A program made the position numbers and the translations under genes. From Antedon mediterranea (Eukaryota > Animalia > Echinodermata), in NCBI RefSeq assembly GCF_964355755.1, contig NC_092670.1, positions 25,468,795-25,532,794 of the forward strand: a stretch of DNA of 64,000 nt. The letters are read 5' to 3'. The notes below the pieces were generated by a model, which worked only from the letters and a program-made list of their open reading frames with translations, did no database searches and was not told the DNA's origin. Below, piece after piece: positions 27,278 to 42,300 of this stretch (positions are counted from its first letter, which is position 1; each line of letters begins with the position of its first letter).

Positions 27278-30200
27278 TTATTTCCTGAGACAGAAAGCTT
27301 TTTTCTTCAAATTTTTGATGATGAGTTTGAAGAATGGGTTGATATAGGTGACACCACCTTATTGTCAAAAAGACAGTCCTGAAAATGTTTGAAAAGGGTA
27401 AGAACCTAGACATTAATCAATTTTAAAGTGATGAGAAGTTATATCATAAAACATAAAATATACAAATTTCATCACTCATCAGTTCAGGTAGGCATTACAA
27501 ATGGAAAAATGAATGGCCTTCTGCAATCAGTAACTGTAACATAAAATTCAGGAATCAGAGGAATAAACCATGACACAAAAGTGAACCCAAGAGGTTACCA
27601 AACCAATCACCAATGTGTGTGTACATGTTATTAACTTGTCTGTTTATTATTGTTGTAAATTACAGAAGAAAGACCCAGTAAAAGAGCAGCAGGAGCATCA
27701 TCATCCTCTGATGATGAAAGAGGTAACCATAAGATGTTTATTTAAATATTAGTCTAAACTTTAAAAATGTTCTAGTGTTGGTTACTATAATAACTATTAT
27801 ATAATGTATATTCAGAACAGGAAAATGTTAATTTATTTTCATTCTTCATTGAAATACATAATATCTTGTAAAACCAAACAAATTAAAAAGACAAAAAAGC
27901 AATAAAAATATTGCTTGCTTATCAACCTTAAGTTACGCATCCAGAACAAAAAGTTAAAATGATAATTAAATATACAATTTTCAGGTATCAATAAATCAAA
28001 CACACATTTAAGAGAATATTAGTGTAACATTTAATTATTTATTCATTCATTTTTTATTTACAGGAAAGAGTCTGCTGCAAAAAAATTTCTAATATCAAAA
28101 AAAAAATTGAAGACAAAGCAATCAACAAAACAAAACAAAAACAAAACCTGTGGACGTAACAGTACAAATGGGCTGGTTTGCATTTCAACATAAAAAGAAG
28201 GAATATACACAAGTAAGAGCAATCAAAGGGGGAGGAACTACAACCGTACGCACCAACAGATATTCAACGATTCAAGAAATGATTGAGTTGGGTACAAACA
28301 TGTTCTTTCAAAATGGAAATTCCATATTTGGAAAACTTGATCAAATGTCCGTCCATTTAGCAGATTATCGTGCAAATGTTATAGATACAGAAGATTGGAA
28401 GCTAGATAACATTTTGGAAGCAGGTGTAAAAGTACGCCTGTATCTCTGTTCTAAACTTATAAAGGTAAGAATCATAATTATGTGTATGATCTATTTGTAT
28501 ACAATATTCCCTTGCCTTCCCATACAATGTATTCTTCCACCTGGCAAGTTGATACATGTGTGTGCTTTTATCAACATAATTATATATTATTATTATGACT
28601 TTTTTGTTTTAATTTAGTTTTTTGGTTATTTTATTTGTATTCATTATGTCCAGCTACTGATACCCACAGCATTTTCATTTTTTTCAGTAATTTGCCTTTG
28701 GAATAATTAATAAAAAATAAATAAATATAATATATATAAATAAACACATGTTATATATATTATATAATAAAGCTAAATCAAAACGATAAAGTAAAACAGC
28801 CAGAACGAAATTGCAGAGATTGGTAAGATTAACACTAACTTTTCTCAGTGCGAAATATATATCTATTTAAACATTTTAATAGCATACAATATTATAGTTT
28901 TAAGTTATTTTGCATACATTTTTATGCTTAATGCAAATCTCCTTTAAGGTTGAAACATCCGATGGCAGCTGCAGTGACAGTAGCGAACTGCCCGATCCAG
29001 GATTATTAGGTAATTTTTTTAATTCATTTCATATGATACAAAAACAAAAAATATTATAATACATATGTGTACTTTTTTTCCAAAATAATAGCAGGGGTAC
29101 AGTTTGAAACATGCATTGAATAGCACGATGTTTGTTTTCTTCTTGTTTTGCCTTAGATATTTTATGCAGTATTGTAATATAATGTTGCGTTGTTGAGGTA
29201 CTAATGAAGACTCTTACTCGCTTAACTGTCGTAACACATATATTGTTTATTCAGTATAATACTTCAGTACAATAATGATTCGGTACAATATACTATTAGG
29301 ATAAGGATACAGAGGATCAGTGATGCTGTCGGTGAGGTGTGAAGTGTGTAGGTCTGCTTCTGAAGAAGTGGCTGTAAGGTGTAGATGTTCCGTGAGGTGG
29401 CTGTAAGGTGTGTCTGGGCTCTTCTGAAACTTGGGAATATATTGGCTTCGGTTCATTTGCATATGTCACTACGTAATCTGTGAGGGTAACGATTGGTCCT
29501 AAGTTGATCCAGGGGTGTTTAAGTGGGAATGATTGATCTTATCTGGGGAGGTTACAATGATGAATTGGCCCTGTCGAATCTCTGCTTAAAACTGTCAATA
29601 TCTAATTGTTTTACGATGGGAACAGTCACAAAGTTATTCTTTAGGGATTCGATTATAAACTAAATGGTCATTAAAACATCTGGACAAACTCTCCTCTGGA
29701 CTTTCTGGGTCAAGTTTGTGAACTTATTTAAATTCTGATACAAAGGTCAATTTCTTAAATATAAAAGTATATCGTTATATTACAGTATCTATATATATAA
29801 ACCGATATCTTTGTTTTCAGAATGCAGCAATAATATAGTACAATAATTTGATTTGGGACATTCATTTACAAATTGTTAAAATGAACAGTATAAGTATAAA
29901 AGTGGCACATAAAAAATCGCAAATGGAAAAAATGTCAAGGTTTCCAAAACTGACTGACCGAATGACTCATTTGATGGAGAGTCATTTGGCTGTCTCAGTG
30001 TTGTCTTTCTTATTTGTCTGGTGGGACGTACTTTATGCTATGTATCATTGTGAAATAGAAATCTTTTGATACATTGTAAAAAATGAACCAATAATTACTT
30101 TTAATTAAATTGAAGCTAACTATTACTGTAGTCAAATCCTAATATTTAAATAAAAGATGCAGGAACTGTGTTTCTACTTATTTCCATAAAATGTTGCTTA

Positions 30201-31647
30201 TCTGCATATGCATTTTATATATCTTCCTGTAGCCGGACCATCAAGTTCTTTCTCCACTCCAGAATCTCCACAACCGCTTGAAACTCGTACTCCAGAATCT
30301 CCACAACCGCTTGAAACTCGTACTCCACAACCTCTTGAAACTTGCAAGCCACAACCTCTTGAAACTCAACCAGCCGGAACACCAACAGTATGTATTTTCA
30401 TTTAAATTGAGTTGTTTAGCATGTCACTATTTAGGCCATGACATATTTGGTACAAGTTGTGATAATTTGATTTGATGTTAAAGGTAAAACTTTATTGTAA
30501 ATTTATTGTTTATCTTGATAATACAGTATCAATAAGAAATTTTTCTTACAAAAAACGCCACTTGAATATTTACAGCATTACACATAAGTAATATACAAAA
30601 TTAATTACAACATGACATTTGACTTACCAAAAAACTAAACTCCTCTTTTAACACTAATTAATACTGTTATAAGGCAAATTTATTTTGCATTATTTAATAT
30701 TATTAAAAACATAACGCAAATGAAAAGTGTGGATCACCAACCAAAACTAAGAAAGTATAGGTCTAGGCCTTACATGTAGTCTGGTAAAAAATCACCTGCA
30801 CCATGGTATAAAAACGTACCCAAATAATATAATATAATATCATCTTTAGGTTCTATGTATATTGTTATAACATTTCTTATCGCTAAGTGTTTACCCAGGC
30901 CATGGACCTACCTATAAAATGCATTATTATTGAATTTTTTTTAAAAGTATTACATGTTTTACATTAATCTTTATATAACCATATATCTGCTAAGCAAAGA
31001 AAAATTTCAACATTATTTAGAAATATCAGTTTAAAAACTAAACTACAAAAGAGAAACATATATACTGTATTTTACTTAACTATAGTGAAGTGCACACTCT
31101 TTCAGATAGACTCTCTATTTCCAGATGCACATCCAAATACTCCTTTTTTAGCCTTAGTAAACTATAAGCTACCGCATTGTAACTGTTTCCTAATGCTTTC
31201 GTTCTCATGAATATAACTGCCTGCACGAAAATACATTCTATAAAACATTTTTTTTCAGTATATTCTATTTTGAATACCTCATTGGCAATGTATATTCTAT
31301 GCATTTGGTAAAAGATATTTCAAATTTTACCAAAATGGTTTAAATCATTAAATGACACTATTAAAGGCTATGTTTATTTAATTTTGTTTTTTTTACATTT
31401 TAACCAGCTCTAAACCTTTTTTCGTTTTACTTAAGATATGCAACTTTTATTTCATTTATACAGGTTATTTTCAAGACATCTCCTGAGGACTTATGCGGCA
31501 TATGCTGTGATAGGCAAAAAAGTTGTTTTTTTTATCACATGTGGACATACAATTTGTTTGCCATGCGCAACATACTTCGAGGAAACTAACACCAAGGAAT
31601 GTCCTTTTTGTAAACAAGTAATTACTACTGTTCGCCACTTGTACTGA
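27278..31647 (+). pseudogene. Multi-exon RING-finger gene, probable IS3EU accessory gene, 5'-truncated and frameshifted
   Basis: Exon-like blocks at about 27278-27397 (FFLQIFDDEFEEWVDI), 27667-27723, 28064-28464 (VQMGW..YTQVRAIKGGGT..MFFQNGNS..G), 28949-29009, 30233-30387 (PQPLET repeats) and 31464-31647. The last encodes CGIC..CGHTICLPC..CPFC once one T is removed from a T8 run. Confidence 0.62.
29173..29784 (-). mobile_element. Solo LTR-like insertion, 612 bp
   Basis: Termini TGTAATATAA...TTATATTACA with 4-bp TSD GTAT; minus-strand AATAAA near 29246-29251. Confidence 0.72.
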
Positions 31648-32329
31648 AAGTACATATGAATATCTGGTTGGTGTTTTTTTTAAACTGTTTTTATTTTTTT
31701 ATTTATTACAATAATGTTCTTAGCAAGGTTGTGTTCTTTCTCCAATCTTATTTAACATCTTTATTAATGAATTATAGAAAATGCTTGTATCAAACAATCT
31801 AGGTATTAGAATAAACAACACCTCGATAGGAAGATTATTCTGGGCAGATGACATTGAAGAAGTCAAACTTTAATTTTGATAAATCCAACGTTCTTGTTTT
31901 TACTCGGGGTACCCGTGTCTAGTACTCTTTTTCTTCTTCTATCGAGTAAAAAGTGCGATTTATGAAGTACTACTCCTCCCTTATTAGTTGTATTATTGAG
32001 CTGGGATTTGGCATGAATATACTACATGGACATGTCCTCAAAGCTATAGAGCCGGATTTTTAAATTTCACACCGGATGCAGCCATATGACGTCTCGAAGA
32101 TGGTACCGTATAGCCGTATTTGGTAGCGAGGTTATTGATGTGTGATAAATTTATTGTTGACGCATATTTCTAGAAAACTTAATGACAATGTACAGTTCCA
32201 AAATGTAATCACAAAATGAAACAGGCTTAGCTTATATTAAATCATTAATTGACAACTGTAATAATTTAAATAGAGAATATTATGGAGATATATTATGGAT
32301 ATATTACCGCAATTAATTACGGATCAGCT

Positions 32330-33119
32330 GTTTGGTGCTCTTTAAATAAAACTAATATTGAAAACTAGAAAAATTACAATTGCAGATGGCTAGATATATA
32401 ATCTTAAAGCGTCAAGGAATACACCGCGTGCAGCATTATATGGCGAACTAGGTTGTTTGCCAATAAATGTTGGCCAACATTTTTTTGCTTAATACTCTGC
32501 TTCAACTTATTTGTAATAAGAATGATTTTCGTTTTAAATTTTTAATATGTTTACGTAATGTTTTTTTTTTTAATGTGACAAATTAATTTGTGACACTATT
32601 GATAATCCAAATGTAGATACGAACAGCTTTATTTTGTCAAAGGTTAAAGAGCAAGCTTATACTGACTGGAGAAACGATCTTGCACTAATAAAATCCTCTC
32701 TATCAGATTATCAAATTGTTAAAGAAATTCCCTACTTAGAAAAATATTTGCTTCAACCACTAGAAATTAAAAGCGCAAGTATGAAATTTGTTGCGTTCCA
32801 ACACGCTACCTTTAAATAGACGAATATCAAGCTGAACCGATGAAAATAAAGCTGGTTTATGTCCTCTTTGTAATTGTAAAGCTACTGAAGATCTAAGGCA
32901 TTTCCTTTTCTCATGCCCTGCCCTACAGAATATTAGACTGGAGGAATTGGCAATGCTTAAGCAGGATCTATCGAGTGCAATTGATGTATGGAACGCATTT
33001 TTATATGGATCGTTAGATAAAAAATTATGTTCTTGGTGCATCCATTTAACATTTCTGCAAATATTGAGGTTGCATTCGTTAAACGGGCGTGGAAGAAAAG
33101 AAATGAAAGCTAGTTCTTT
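32330..33119 (+). mobile_element. LINE 3' fragment that received the Gypsy insertion
   Basis: LKASRNTPRAALYGELGCLPI and CPLCNCKATEDLRHFLFSCPAL resemble a non-LTR ORF2 C-terminus; T-rich sequence resumes after 54118. Confidence 0.65.
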
Positions 33120-33124
33120 GCATC

Positions 33125-33574
33125 TGTCATATTATTGATGTTGTGATTCTCTGTGTTTAGAGAAGGATGCTTTAGACCAGGTCCGCCTTAATTAGCCAAT
33201 CAAAATCGCATAAATTTTGGAGGGAAAATGTTATCCTCCTCTGAAGCCTAAAATTTGCATATCCAGTATAAAAGTAGAATGTAATAGATATTAGAGGAGA
33301 AGAGAGAATAAGATCAGAGTAGATAAACGGAAAGATGATAAAGAGAATATTAAGGCTTGACTGGTAGTGGTAGAAAGATGTATTAATCGAATTACAAGGA
33401 ATAAAAGTTCTAGTTGAGTTAAATATACTTTTTGTATGAGTTATCATTCAGTGACAGCTGTGTACGTCGCGTGGAAATATATACGCCTGAGAAAGCTTGG
33501 AACGACAGCTGTGTACGTCGAGTGGATATACGCCTGAGAAAGCTCGGAACCAACTAAAAGATAAATTCACTACA
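33125..33574 (+). repeat. 5' LTR
   Basis: TGTCATATT...TTCACTACA with TATAAAA, AATAAA and a tandem ~48-bp U5 repeat. Confidence 0.95.
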
Positions 33575-33587
33575 TGGTGGCAGCGGT
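33575..33587 (+). promoter_or_regulatory. Primer binding site, tRNA-Leu
   Basis: TGGTGGCAGCGGT is complementary to ACCGCTGCCA-CCA, the 3' end of eukaryotic tRNA-Leu(AAG/TAG). Confidence 0.8.
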
Positions 33588-34058
33588 GAAAATTTTTGTT
33601 TACATGATTTAAGTATCAAGAAGAAGAAGAAGAAGTGACAGTGCCTACTCTACGGGCCTGTTAAATCAGTAACCAAAAAGTTAAATGGTTACGAAGATCT
33701 GGATTCCTGACAGTTTTTATACCGTGCGTTGTTTGGATATTACAACGAAGAAGAAGTACTGTTGAGCTCAAGGTAGGGATACCGAGAGCTGACTCCATTT
33801 TCATTACCACGATTAAACAGCGCGCACGTTACTATGCGCGCAATGTCATTGACGCGGTGTTTTTTTACTTTGGTAAACACTTTTTATTAGGTAATTGTTC
33901 TGAAAATAAATTAATTATAAATATATCCTTTTGAGTATATATTTATTTACCTATTATTCTATAAGATCAAGTATTTTTTATTTCCATTTCATTCAACCAA
34001 AAATGTGAATATAGTGGTTAAAAGATCGTTATCGCCTAGCGCGTCCCAGGTAAAAATT

Positions 34059-34315
34059 CCAGTTGAAGACCAGTTGGGAAATTTCCCAGTTGTGAATTTT
34101 CCCTGTTGTGAATTGAGACAATTACCAGTTGTGAATTTCCCAGTTGTGAATTTTCCAACTGGTCTGATAATCCCAGTTGTAAATTTTACCAGTTGTAAAT
34201 TTCTCAACTGGTCTGATAATCCCAGTTGTGAATTTTCCAACTGGTCTGATCAATCCCAGTTGTAAATTTTCCCAGTTGTACATTTTTCCCAGTTGAGAAT
34301 TTTCCCAACTGGTAA
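34059..34315. repeat. Subterminal CCAGTTG/CAACTGG array (left)
   Basis: Many copies spaced by TGAATTTT-like linkers. Confidence 0.9.
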
Positions 34316-34784
34316 ATTTCAGTACAAAAACAAATTACACAAACTACAGAACTTATTGTTTAACTGTTTATTTTATTAACTTTAATATTTACAATTACAG
34401 TAGTTACTTTCAATTCTGCAGTACTTTAGTTAATTACCCCACAAAGGTCTTAACGACCTGCATAACCCCTACATCTACACAAATGTCAACATATCCCTGC
34501 CGTTTCCTTTTTACAGGTCCATGAAAATGGAGATCTAGCATTTATTCAGTAATATATTTATGAAGTTATGGCCACCTTCTTTATTTAGTCATGTTGACAA
34601 AATTAGTCCTGAAAGAGAAAAACCAAAACAAATTGATTAAATAAACAATATACTGGTAGTACAAGGAATAAATCAAATTCAAATCTCAAGTATCAATTTA
34701 TATACTGTTTTACTGAAAAAGGAAGATGGAATCATATATTAATAGAAATGAAAGAATGATTATCCAAATTATGTTCTCTACAAG

Positions 34785-37700
34785 CAATAGAGAGAAATGG
34801 CGAACCGCGATGACGTCACTCAAATTTCACCGAGTGGGTATAGATTGTAAACAAACCATTTCGCCACATGTTTTTGTATGGGAAATTCCGATGGGTTGAG
34901 TTAAAAAGGAAGGTAGAAAAGAACGTTTAAAACACACATAATAGCAGTATCTTTTTTTTTTTGCAACACCCTTAACAATTTTAATGTTATATGGGCAAAT
35001 CTTAACATTTTTAATTTGGATTGAATTAAGACGCGTTTTTGTTATATACTGTACCCAGCTCTAGGCCCTAGATAGTTGGCATGTATGCTGTAGTACCTCG
35101 AGCCTAGCACGGATTATCGGTTATTATAATAATAATAATATTGGAAATTCGTTATTGCGTACTGTACCCACTACTACTACTTTAGCTAGGGTGCTGCTAG
35201 GCGTCTCCTAGCTAGGTAGTAAGACTAAATAGAGCCTCTCTAGTAGGCCTAGCATTAGTTTCAGCTTGACAACTGCCATTTTGTTATGTGGCTAGTGATG
35301 CTTCCTGCAGGGGGGCTACCGCCAGTAATGAATACTTGATAACACCATTCTATTATAATATTATAGGCCAAGTCTAATGTAGACCTATAGTCCAGTCAAA
35401 AATCACCCTCACCATGGTATAAGAACGTACCCTAATAAAATTTCATCCGTAGGTTCTATGTATATAGGTAATAACATTTCTTGATGTTGCGTCTTGCAAA
35501 ACTTGGGATTTTACGAGAAAATTAGACTTTTATACCCAATTTATAACCGCCTCATGTCGTATTATTGTGTACAGCGAATGCGACGAAGCGTGACTGAAAT
35601 TACGAGACGCTGTTAGCGCCCGTTGAAAAATGCATTAACAAAGCTAAAAACCAACAAAATTAATAGTTTATACAATAATTTAAATATAGTTTACAATAAA
35701 TTGTATAATAAAATACATAACTTATAAAGAAACCCCAAGTATAAACTAAAATATTTACAAATATGTGTTTAAAAATGTACAAATCAAAATGGCCTTCCAT
35801 AAAATAAAGTGCGCCCTCACGCGTCATACTTTTATCGGACTTGTATGGATGGTTATACAGTACACGGCATTAATATACGAAACCCGATGCGGTTTGTTTA
35901 GTTTTTGCCTTTTTTTTACGCAAGAGGCAGAATATTTTATTTTTACAAATTTATTTATATTTTTTATCATGGAAAAACGGATTGTATATATTTAAACACA
36001 TTACAACCTCCAATATACCATCATGATGGATTAAGTGTATATTTGTATATATCTGCTGAAGCGTAATGATCTACTAGTTCTGCTGGTTTTATTTTGGAAA
36101 TTCTTTTTTTTCACAGCATTAGGCCTACTTGCGTGGATATCACAATGCATTGCATATTTTGAACTATCATTCGCGATTATAATCTTAATTAGAGTAAGAA
36201 CCAATTATTTAAGGATAATCCATTTCACGTAGGCCTATACGAAAGATACTACCTCAAGTACACCTACTTTCACTTTCCAACAATTATTAAGAGCGTATCA
36301 AATCAAAGGGGCTGGTTGGCATTCGTCTGAATCAACATTTTTCATTTTCCCCTTTACCCGCCGCCACCCACCGCTGCCCCACTGCCAATGGGGAGGAGGA
36401 GCCGGTTTGATCCTCTCTGAATCCGTCTGGCCTTCACATCGTACCGATGTGTGAAGTTTGAGCCAATAAACGTCATTCATGACGATTCTTTAAGTTCGAA
36501 GTCGTCTTCCAGAATTCAAAGCATTCTAAAGTTAAAGTGTTTTTCCACTAAATAAAAGATAGTGAGAATGTTGGAGTGTGATATAAGATTCGCGAGAAAC
36601 TATATACTGTATTACCCAATTCTCCTTTTTTAAAGACATGACGTATTAAATACTTTCTAATATAAAGTTTTTTGGTGGAGAGTAGTCCTACAATGATAAT
36701 TATTATTGGACATTTTATACAAAAAAGCATGTCATAAACAATCAGTTCACCTCCACGGCCTGAAAGTTCTCACTTGGGACAAAAAAGTAAAGTCCAGAAC
36801 AAAAGTTTTATATGCATTTTTATTTCAAATATTGTTATCCGCCGAGTTCGACTCATTTTAATGCATTTAAATAATATTTAAAAAGCTTGGGAGAAAACAG
36901 TAGTTTAATTTGTTGGCTTATTCAAATGCTTATAAATGACGTTTTAAACCTAAAAGAGGCAATTTTCCTCAAAAGTGAAGATGAAGATTGATTAATTAAT
37001 TACGGTAATTAAATGTAAAAGAATAAAACAGTTATCCGTCAGACTTCTTCGAACATAAAGAATCTTCGGTGGCAGGATTACATTTTCTAAAACACGAAAT
37101 TGTCTCAAACATCATACAATATGGATGCCAATAAACAATTCAAAGAAACTTAAAACTAACAATCACAAGGATTAACTTTGTTGCTAACCGGGCAATGAGA
37201 AAACATTTCAGACGACTTTATTAATTTAAATCCTTATTATATTGTATATGCGAAATGGACTATCATTTAAAAATGATTCTTACTCAAGTTAACATTGACT
37301 ATAATCGCGAATAAACAATGCATTGCGATATCCGCGCAAATAATGCTGTGAAAAAAAGAATTTCCAGAATAAGGCTAACCAGATAACTAGGAGATCATTA
37401 CGCTTTAGCAGATACAATACGGCGCTTCACTTAATCCATTATGATGGTAGACTGGAGGTTGTAATGTGTTTAAATATATACAATCCTTTTTTTCCATGAT
37501 AAAAACTAGAAATATATTTGTGAAAATACAATATTCTGCCTCTTGCAGAGGCAATAACTAACAAACCGCATTGGGTTTCGTATTATTAATGCCTTGTATA
37601 ACCATCCATACAAGTCCGATAAAAGTATGACGCATGAGGGCGCACTTTATTTTATGAAAGGCCATTTTGATTTGTACATTTTTAAACACATATCTGTAAA

Positions 37701-38310
37701 TATTTTAGTTTATACATGGGTTTTCTTTATATTTTATGTATTTTATTATACAATTTATTGTAAACTATATTTAAATTATTGTATAAACTATTAATTTTGT
37801 AGGTTTTTAGCTTTGTTAATGCATTTTTCAACGGGCGCTAACGGCGTCTCGTAATTTCAGTCACGCTTCGTCGCATTCGCTGTACACAATAATACGACAT
37901 GAGGCGATTATAAATTGGGTATAAAAGTCTAATTTTCTCGTAAAATCCCAAGTTTTGCAAGACGCAACATCAAGAAATGTTATTACCTATATACATAGAA
38001 CCTACGGATGAAATTTTATTAGGGTACGTTCTTATACCATGGTGAGGGTGATTTTTGACTGGACTACTACAGATATGAGATATTTTTAGGAATATGATTG
38101 TGAATGATGGATGACTTTTATACATATTTCATTGTTTTATTGTGTAAATACACAAATACAACAAGAATTATGAGCGTTACAGCAACAACATTGGTTAGAC
38201 AACGCCATGATTCACGTGTATAAACATAGGAAATGTGTCGCCCTCAACGGTTTGTTATGATTTTATACCCACTCGGATTTTAGACGTCGGTTCGCCATTT
38301 CTCTCTATTG
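34785..38310. mobile_element. Non-autonomous TIR element (unclassified)
   Basis: TIR CAATAGAGAGAAATGGCGAACCG / CGGTTCGCCATTTCTCTCTATTG, plus an inner inverted CCGAGTGGGTATA; AAG on both flanks. Confidence 0.75.
35388..38066. mobile_element. Non-autonomous Academ-type element with ~800-bp TIRs
   Basis: TAGTCCAGTCAAAAATC... / ...GATTTTTGACTGGACTA with 3-bp TSD CTA; a related terminus lies near 30777-30870. Confidence 0.82.
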
Positions 38311-39331
38311 AAGATGAGTATCATTTCACTTTAGTTTGTCCCTTTTATTCAGATATTAGAACTAAATATATTTTCATTTTATACAAATAACCCCTCTAAA
38401 TTAAAATATATTTATCTTATGTCTACTACAAATATCTCATTACTAAGCTTGGAAAATATATATATTTTTTTTCATTTTAACGTAGAACAGAATTCTTAAA
38501 CGCACTCTAATGTTATTGATTGGATTGAATTGTTACATTGTATATTATTTGGGCCAAAGGCCATATAAATAACTATTTTCTTGGATCATTCCAAGAAAGA
38601 AAGTATACATAAATATATTTACCCTTCAAATTGTACTGCTGTACTTTTTTGGTTGGTTTATAGCCTTGTTGGTTGTATTCAAGTAAACTGGAAATCACCT
38701 GCAATTGTGTATGAAAAAAATTGAAGGAAAATTAAAAAATATAGGATATTTAGTTTAAGGAAACGGAGACAGACTAAAACAGCATGGATTAGTTTGCTTT
38801 ATTATTAGAATAGTAGGCTAGCCGGCGCTAGTTCCGTTTCGCACCTGTTTTTATTTCGACTTCCTTTTGACTCCAAATTGTTAAGCAACTTATTGTAAAT
38901 ACCACACCTTAAAATTGGGCCTCATAAGTACGTTTATGAAGAAGAATCACAAAAAAAGTAACAAATAAATCCTTAAATTGATGATTTTACAGACATGTTT
39001 CTCGCATACCGTTCGCCGCGAATTTAGCATACTCGAAGTTCAATATTTTCGTTTCTATGGAGCGCCAAAAGAGCAACAACAATAGATGGTTAAAACCTCA
39101 GTGGAATGCGTCTTCTTTTAATGCATTTATTATTGAAATACACGTTTAATTTTAATACATTTTGTCAATAAAAATGCTGTAACATTTTACTGCTAATAAT
39201 TTGCTGTTTTCAAATAGCAACCAACCCTAGGCCTAAGAGTAAGACTAAGAGGCATATTATTTAGATTAAGGTATACCCCTACAGTACAGTACATGTAATA
39301 TGATGATGAATTTGTCGATTTTCATTCCTAA

Positions 39332-42300
39332 TAGTAGAGCAGTTAGTGACATGAGGTGTGCATTTTATTACCAAAGCATGAAACTTGGCACAAAGTTTCT
39401 TTGATATATATAGATTCAAAATATCGGGGGGTGCCAAGTGTCCAATGTCCGGTATGGCGGCCATCTTGATTTCAAAATGGCCACCACAAAAACAAAAAGT
39501 GCTCATATCTTGGCAACTACAAACAGTAGACACTTGATTTTGGTCTCAAAATGTTCACAAACTACATATTTCTATTTGCTCTAATGGACAATTTCGCCCA
39601 AAAGTGACCGGAAGCAGGATTTTTACCAGTTTGACCTTTGACCTCACATTTGTATATCTCAATAACTACTGGGCATTTTCATTCGATTTTGGTGTCATTT
39701 TGTTCAGAATAAATATATTTATATTTACTGTAATGAAACATTTTCACATAAAATGACCGAAAATACAATTTATGGCCTTTGACATTTATACGATGTTATT
39801 ATCGAATTATGTGATCATTATGTCGTTCATGTTGATAATGTAGATTAAATTAATTAAGATTAATTCTATTAATTCAAAATTTGATGGACTTAAATAGTAT
39901 AGTACACTACAGACACTCTAAATTTATCAGAATTATTAAATTGACATGTGCTGGGAGGTGTCATAGTTCAATGCTAATTGAACCTTCTGATTGGCTAAAA
40001 GTTTTCATAGTTTTTGAGCAGGAAAGACAAACAATACTTTTTATGTAAAATGGTGAGTTTCTTTTTGTTCTATAAACATTCATTTTCTACATATAAGTAA
40101 CATAAACTATCCAAGTATCTAAAGATGATTGTTAGCAGGAATATGAATCAAAATGATCACTCACGACGACATGTATATGCGTGACATTTTGTCAGGCCTA
40201 GGCCTAGCTCTTGTGGGCAATGACCACGTGGCGTACCTTAGGCAAATATCGGTCTGGCCTACCTTTGATAGGCCTAGCTTGCATCTTTAGGTCTGACAGG
40301 AGAAGGGTAGGCTTGATGATTAGGGTATAGAGAGTGAGAGAAAATCTGTTTCTTTTTGTAATAGAATGTAATGTATGTACTTCTTTCTATCTTAAATATG
40401 AATAGGCATACATTTTATTTGTGAAGTTTATTCAGCCTAGGCCTAGATTTAGTGTATTTATGTTACTTTCTACAGGAGGATCTTTGTGGCATTATGGATT
40501 GGAGCAAGTGTGTATTGTGCCAGAGTAATGTTTTAAATTTATTTAAAGAAGACAATAATGATGTTTATTATAATTTTGAAAGCAAAATAAGAAAATTCAT
40601 AGACAACGATTTGCCACTGCCAAATAAATTCAAAGTCTGTGTGGCTGCTTTGCAGGGTGATGCATGCGATATTGCTACAAACCTAATTGCAAATCGGGCT
40701 AGATGGCATAAAAGCTGCATTCTTGAATTATCTTCAACAAGATTACAGAGGGCCATAACAAAAAGAAAGAAAGAAGAAGAAAATCAAAACAGTGATACAA
40801 TGTGCAAAAAAACACGGAGCACTGTAAACACAGAAGCACATTTGAGATCTTCAAAGTGTTTCTTTTGTGATAAAGAAGGAGTCTTGAAGTCAAAAAGCAT
40901 CAATCAAAATGCAAATCCAAATGATGTACTGCTTAAAGTACAGACGGATGGTAGAGACATAAATATTAGAAAAGCAGCAAATGAAATGGGTGATACCAAG
41001 GTGCTTGCCAAACTTTCTGAAGGCACTATGTTTGCACGTGATGCTTGTTACCATGACCAATGCATGCTGGCTTTCAGAAATAAATATAAAGTTTTCCTGT
41101 ACACAAAACATAAAACAGACGACAATCAAGACAATCGATTGGATTTGGACGACATAGCTTTCGCAGAAGTGATGAATTTCATAGATGACAAGCTACAAGC
41201 AATGGATGAAATTGCTCCTTTTGTCCTGTTGTCTGAGTTAAAGAAATTGTACTGTGATGTTTTAGGTAGTTTAGGTGCGACTCCTTCAAATTTACATGCT
41301 ACACGTTTCAAAGATAGGATTCTGGAAGCTAATTCAAACTTAAAAACAATCACTCATAAACAAAAGGTGTACATTTCATACAAGGATAATATGGCTGCTG
41401 CGCTTGAATTTTCAATGTCATCTTCTTCTGAAATGAACCACATTCGTCAAGTGGCAAGAATTATTCGCAGAGACATGTTTCGAAAAACAAATACATTTAG
41501 TGGGAGTTTTGAAGACAATTGTGTTATAGATTCTGTACCCCCGAGTCTTCTACAGCTCATATCATTAATAATAGGAGGTAATTATGAGTCCACACCTAGT
41601 GACCTAAAAGCAAACCGAATTACACAAGCTGCATCATTGTCTCAACTTATCATGTTTAACTCAAGAATGGACAAAAACAGAAACAGAAACACCACAAGAA
41701 TTCGCCATGCAGATGATAAAGAGACACCACTTCCGATATACATAGCTTTAAAAGTACATTCAGAAACAAGGAATCGATCACTTATCGACAAATTCTACAA
41801 ATTAGGACTTTCAATTTCGTATTCCCGTTTTCTGTCAATTTCAACTGCACTAGGGAACAACATATGTCAACATTATGAAAATGTAGGCTATGTAAGCCCT
41901 CCCATTCTAAAGCACCGATTATTTTCAACACATGCAGTCGACAACATTGACCACAATCCTAGTTCTAGAAATGCAAAGGACTCATGACATGGTACAGCAA
42001 TTTCTTGCACCCAGCATTTGGAAAATAAGGGTGATGGTGATACACAAGTACAAACTGGTATTGATGTCTCTCAATCTGCCAAGTTAAAGCAACTGCCAAC
42101 TTCATATACAAACTTGCAACCATTTGTCCTAAAGACGAAAGATGTGAATGTTCCAAAAACAGAAAATAACCAATTGGTAAGAATTACTTTACAAATTATT
42201 CACATTGTACAAGGCATTGAACTATCATGGCTCACTTATTCAGATATTGTAATATAAATATATATATATATATTATAGTATGTGTAGATACTTTTAAATG

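Noticed and set aside
33172-33447. Identical 91-aa ORFs here and at 53711-53986
   Set aside because: Antisense reading of the two LTRs with no recognisable domain.
39279-39533. Paired MSTVCSCQDMSTFCF ORFs (also 46044-46244)
   Set aside because: They are the two Academ TIRs read outward, not genes.
41985-41987. TGA as selenocysteine or readthrough in the Academ ORF
   Set aside because: The position is normally an aromatic residue, so TGG>TGA is simpler; no SECIS element was recognised.
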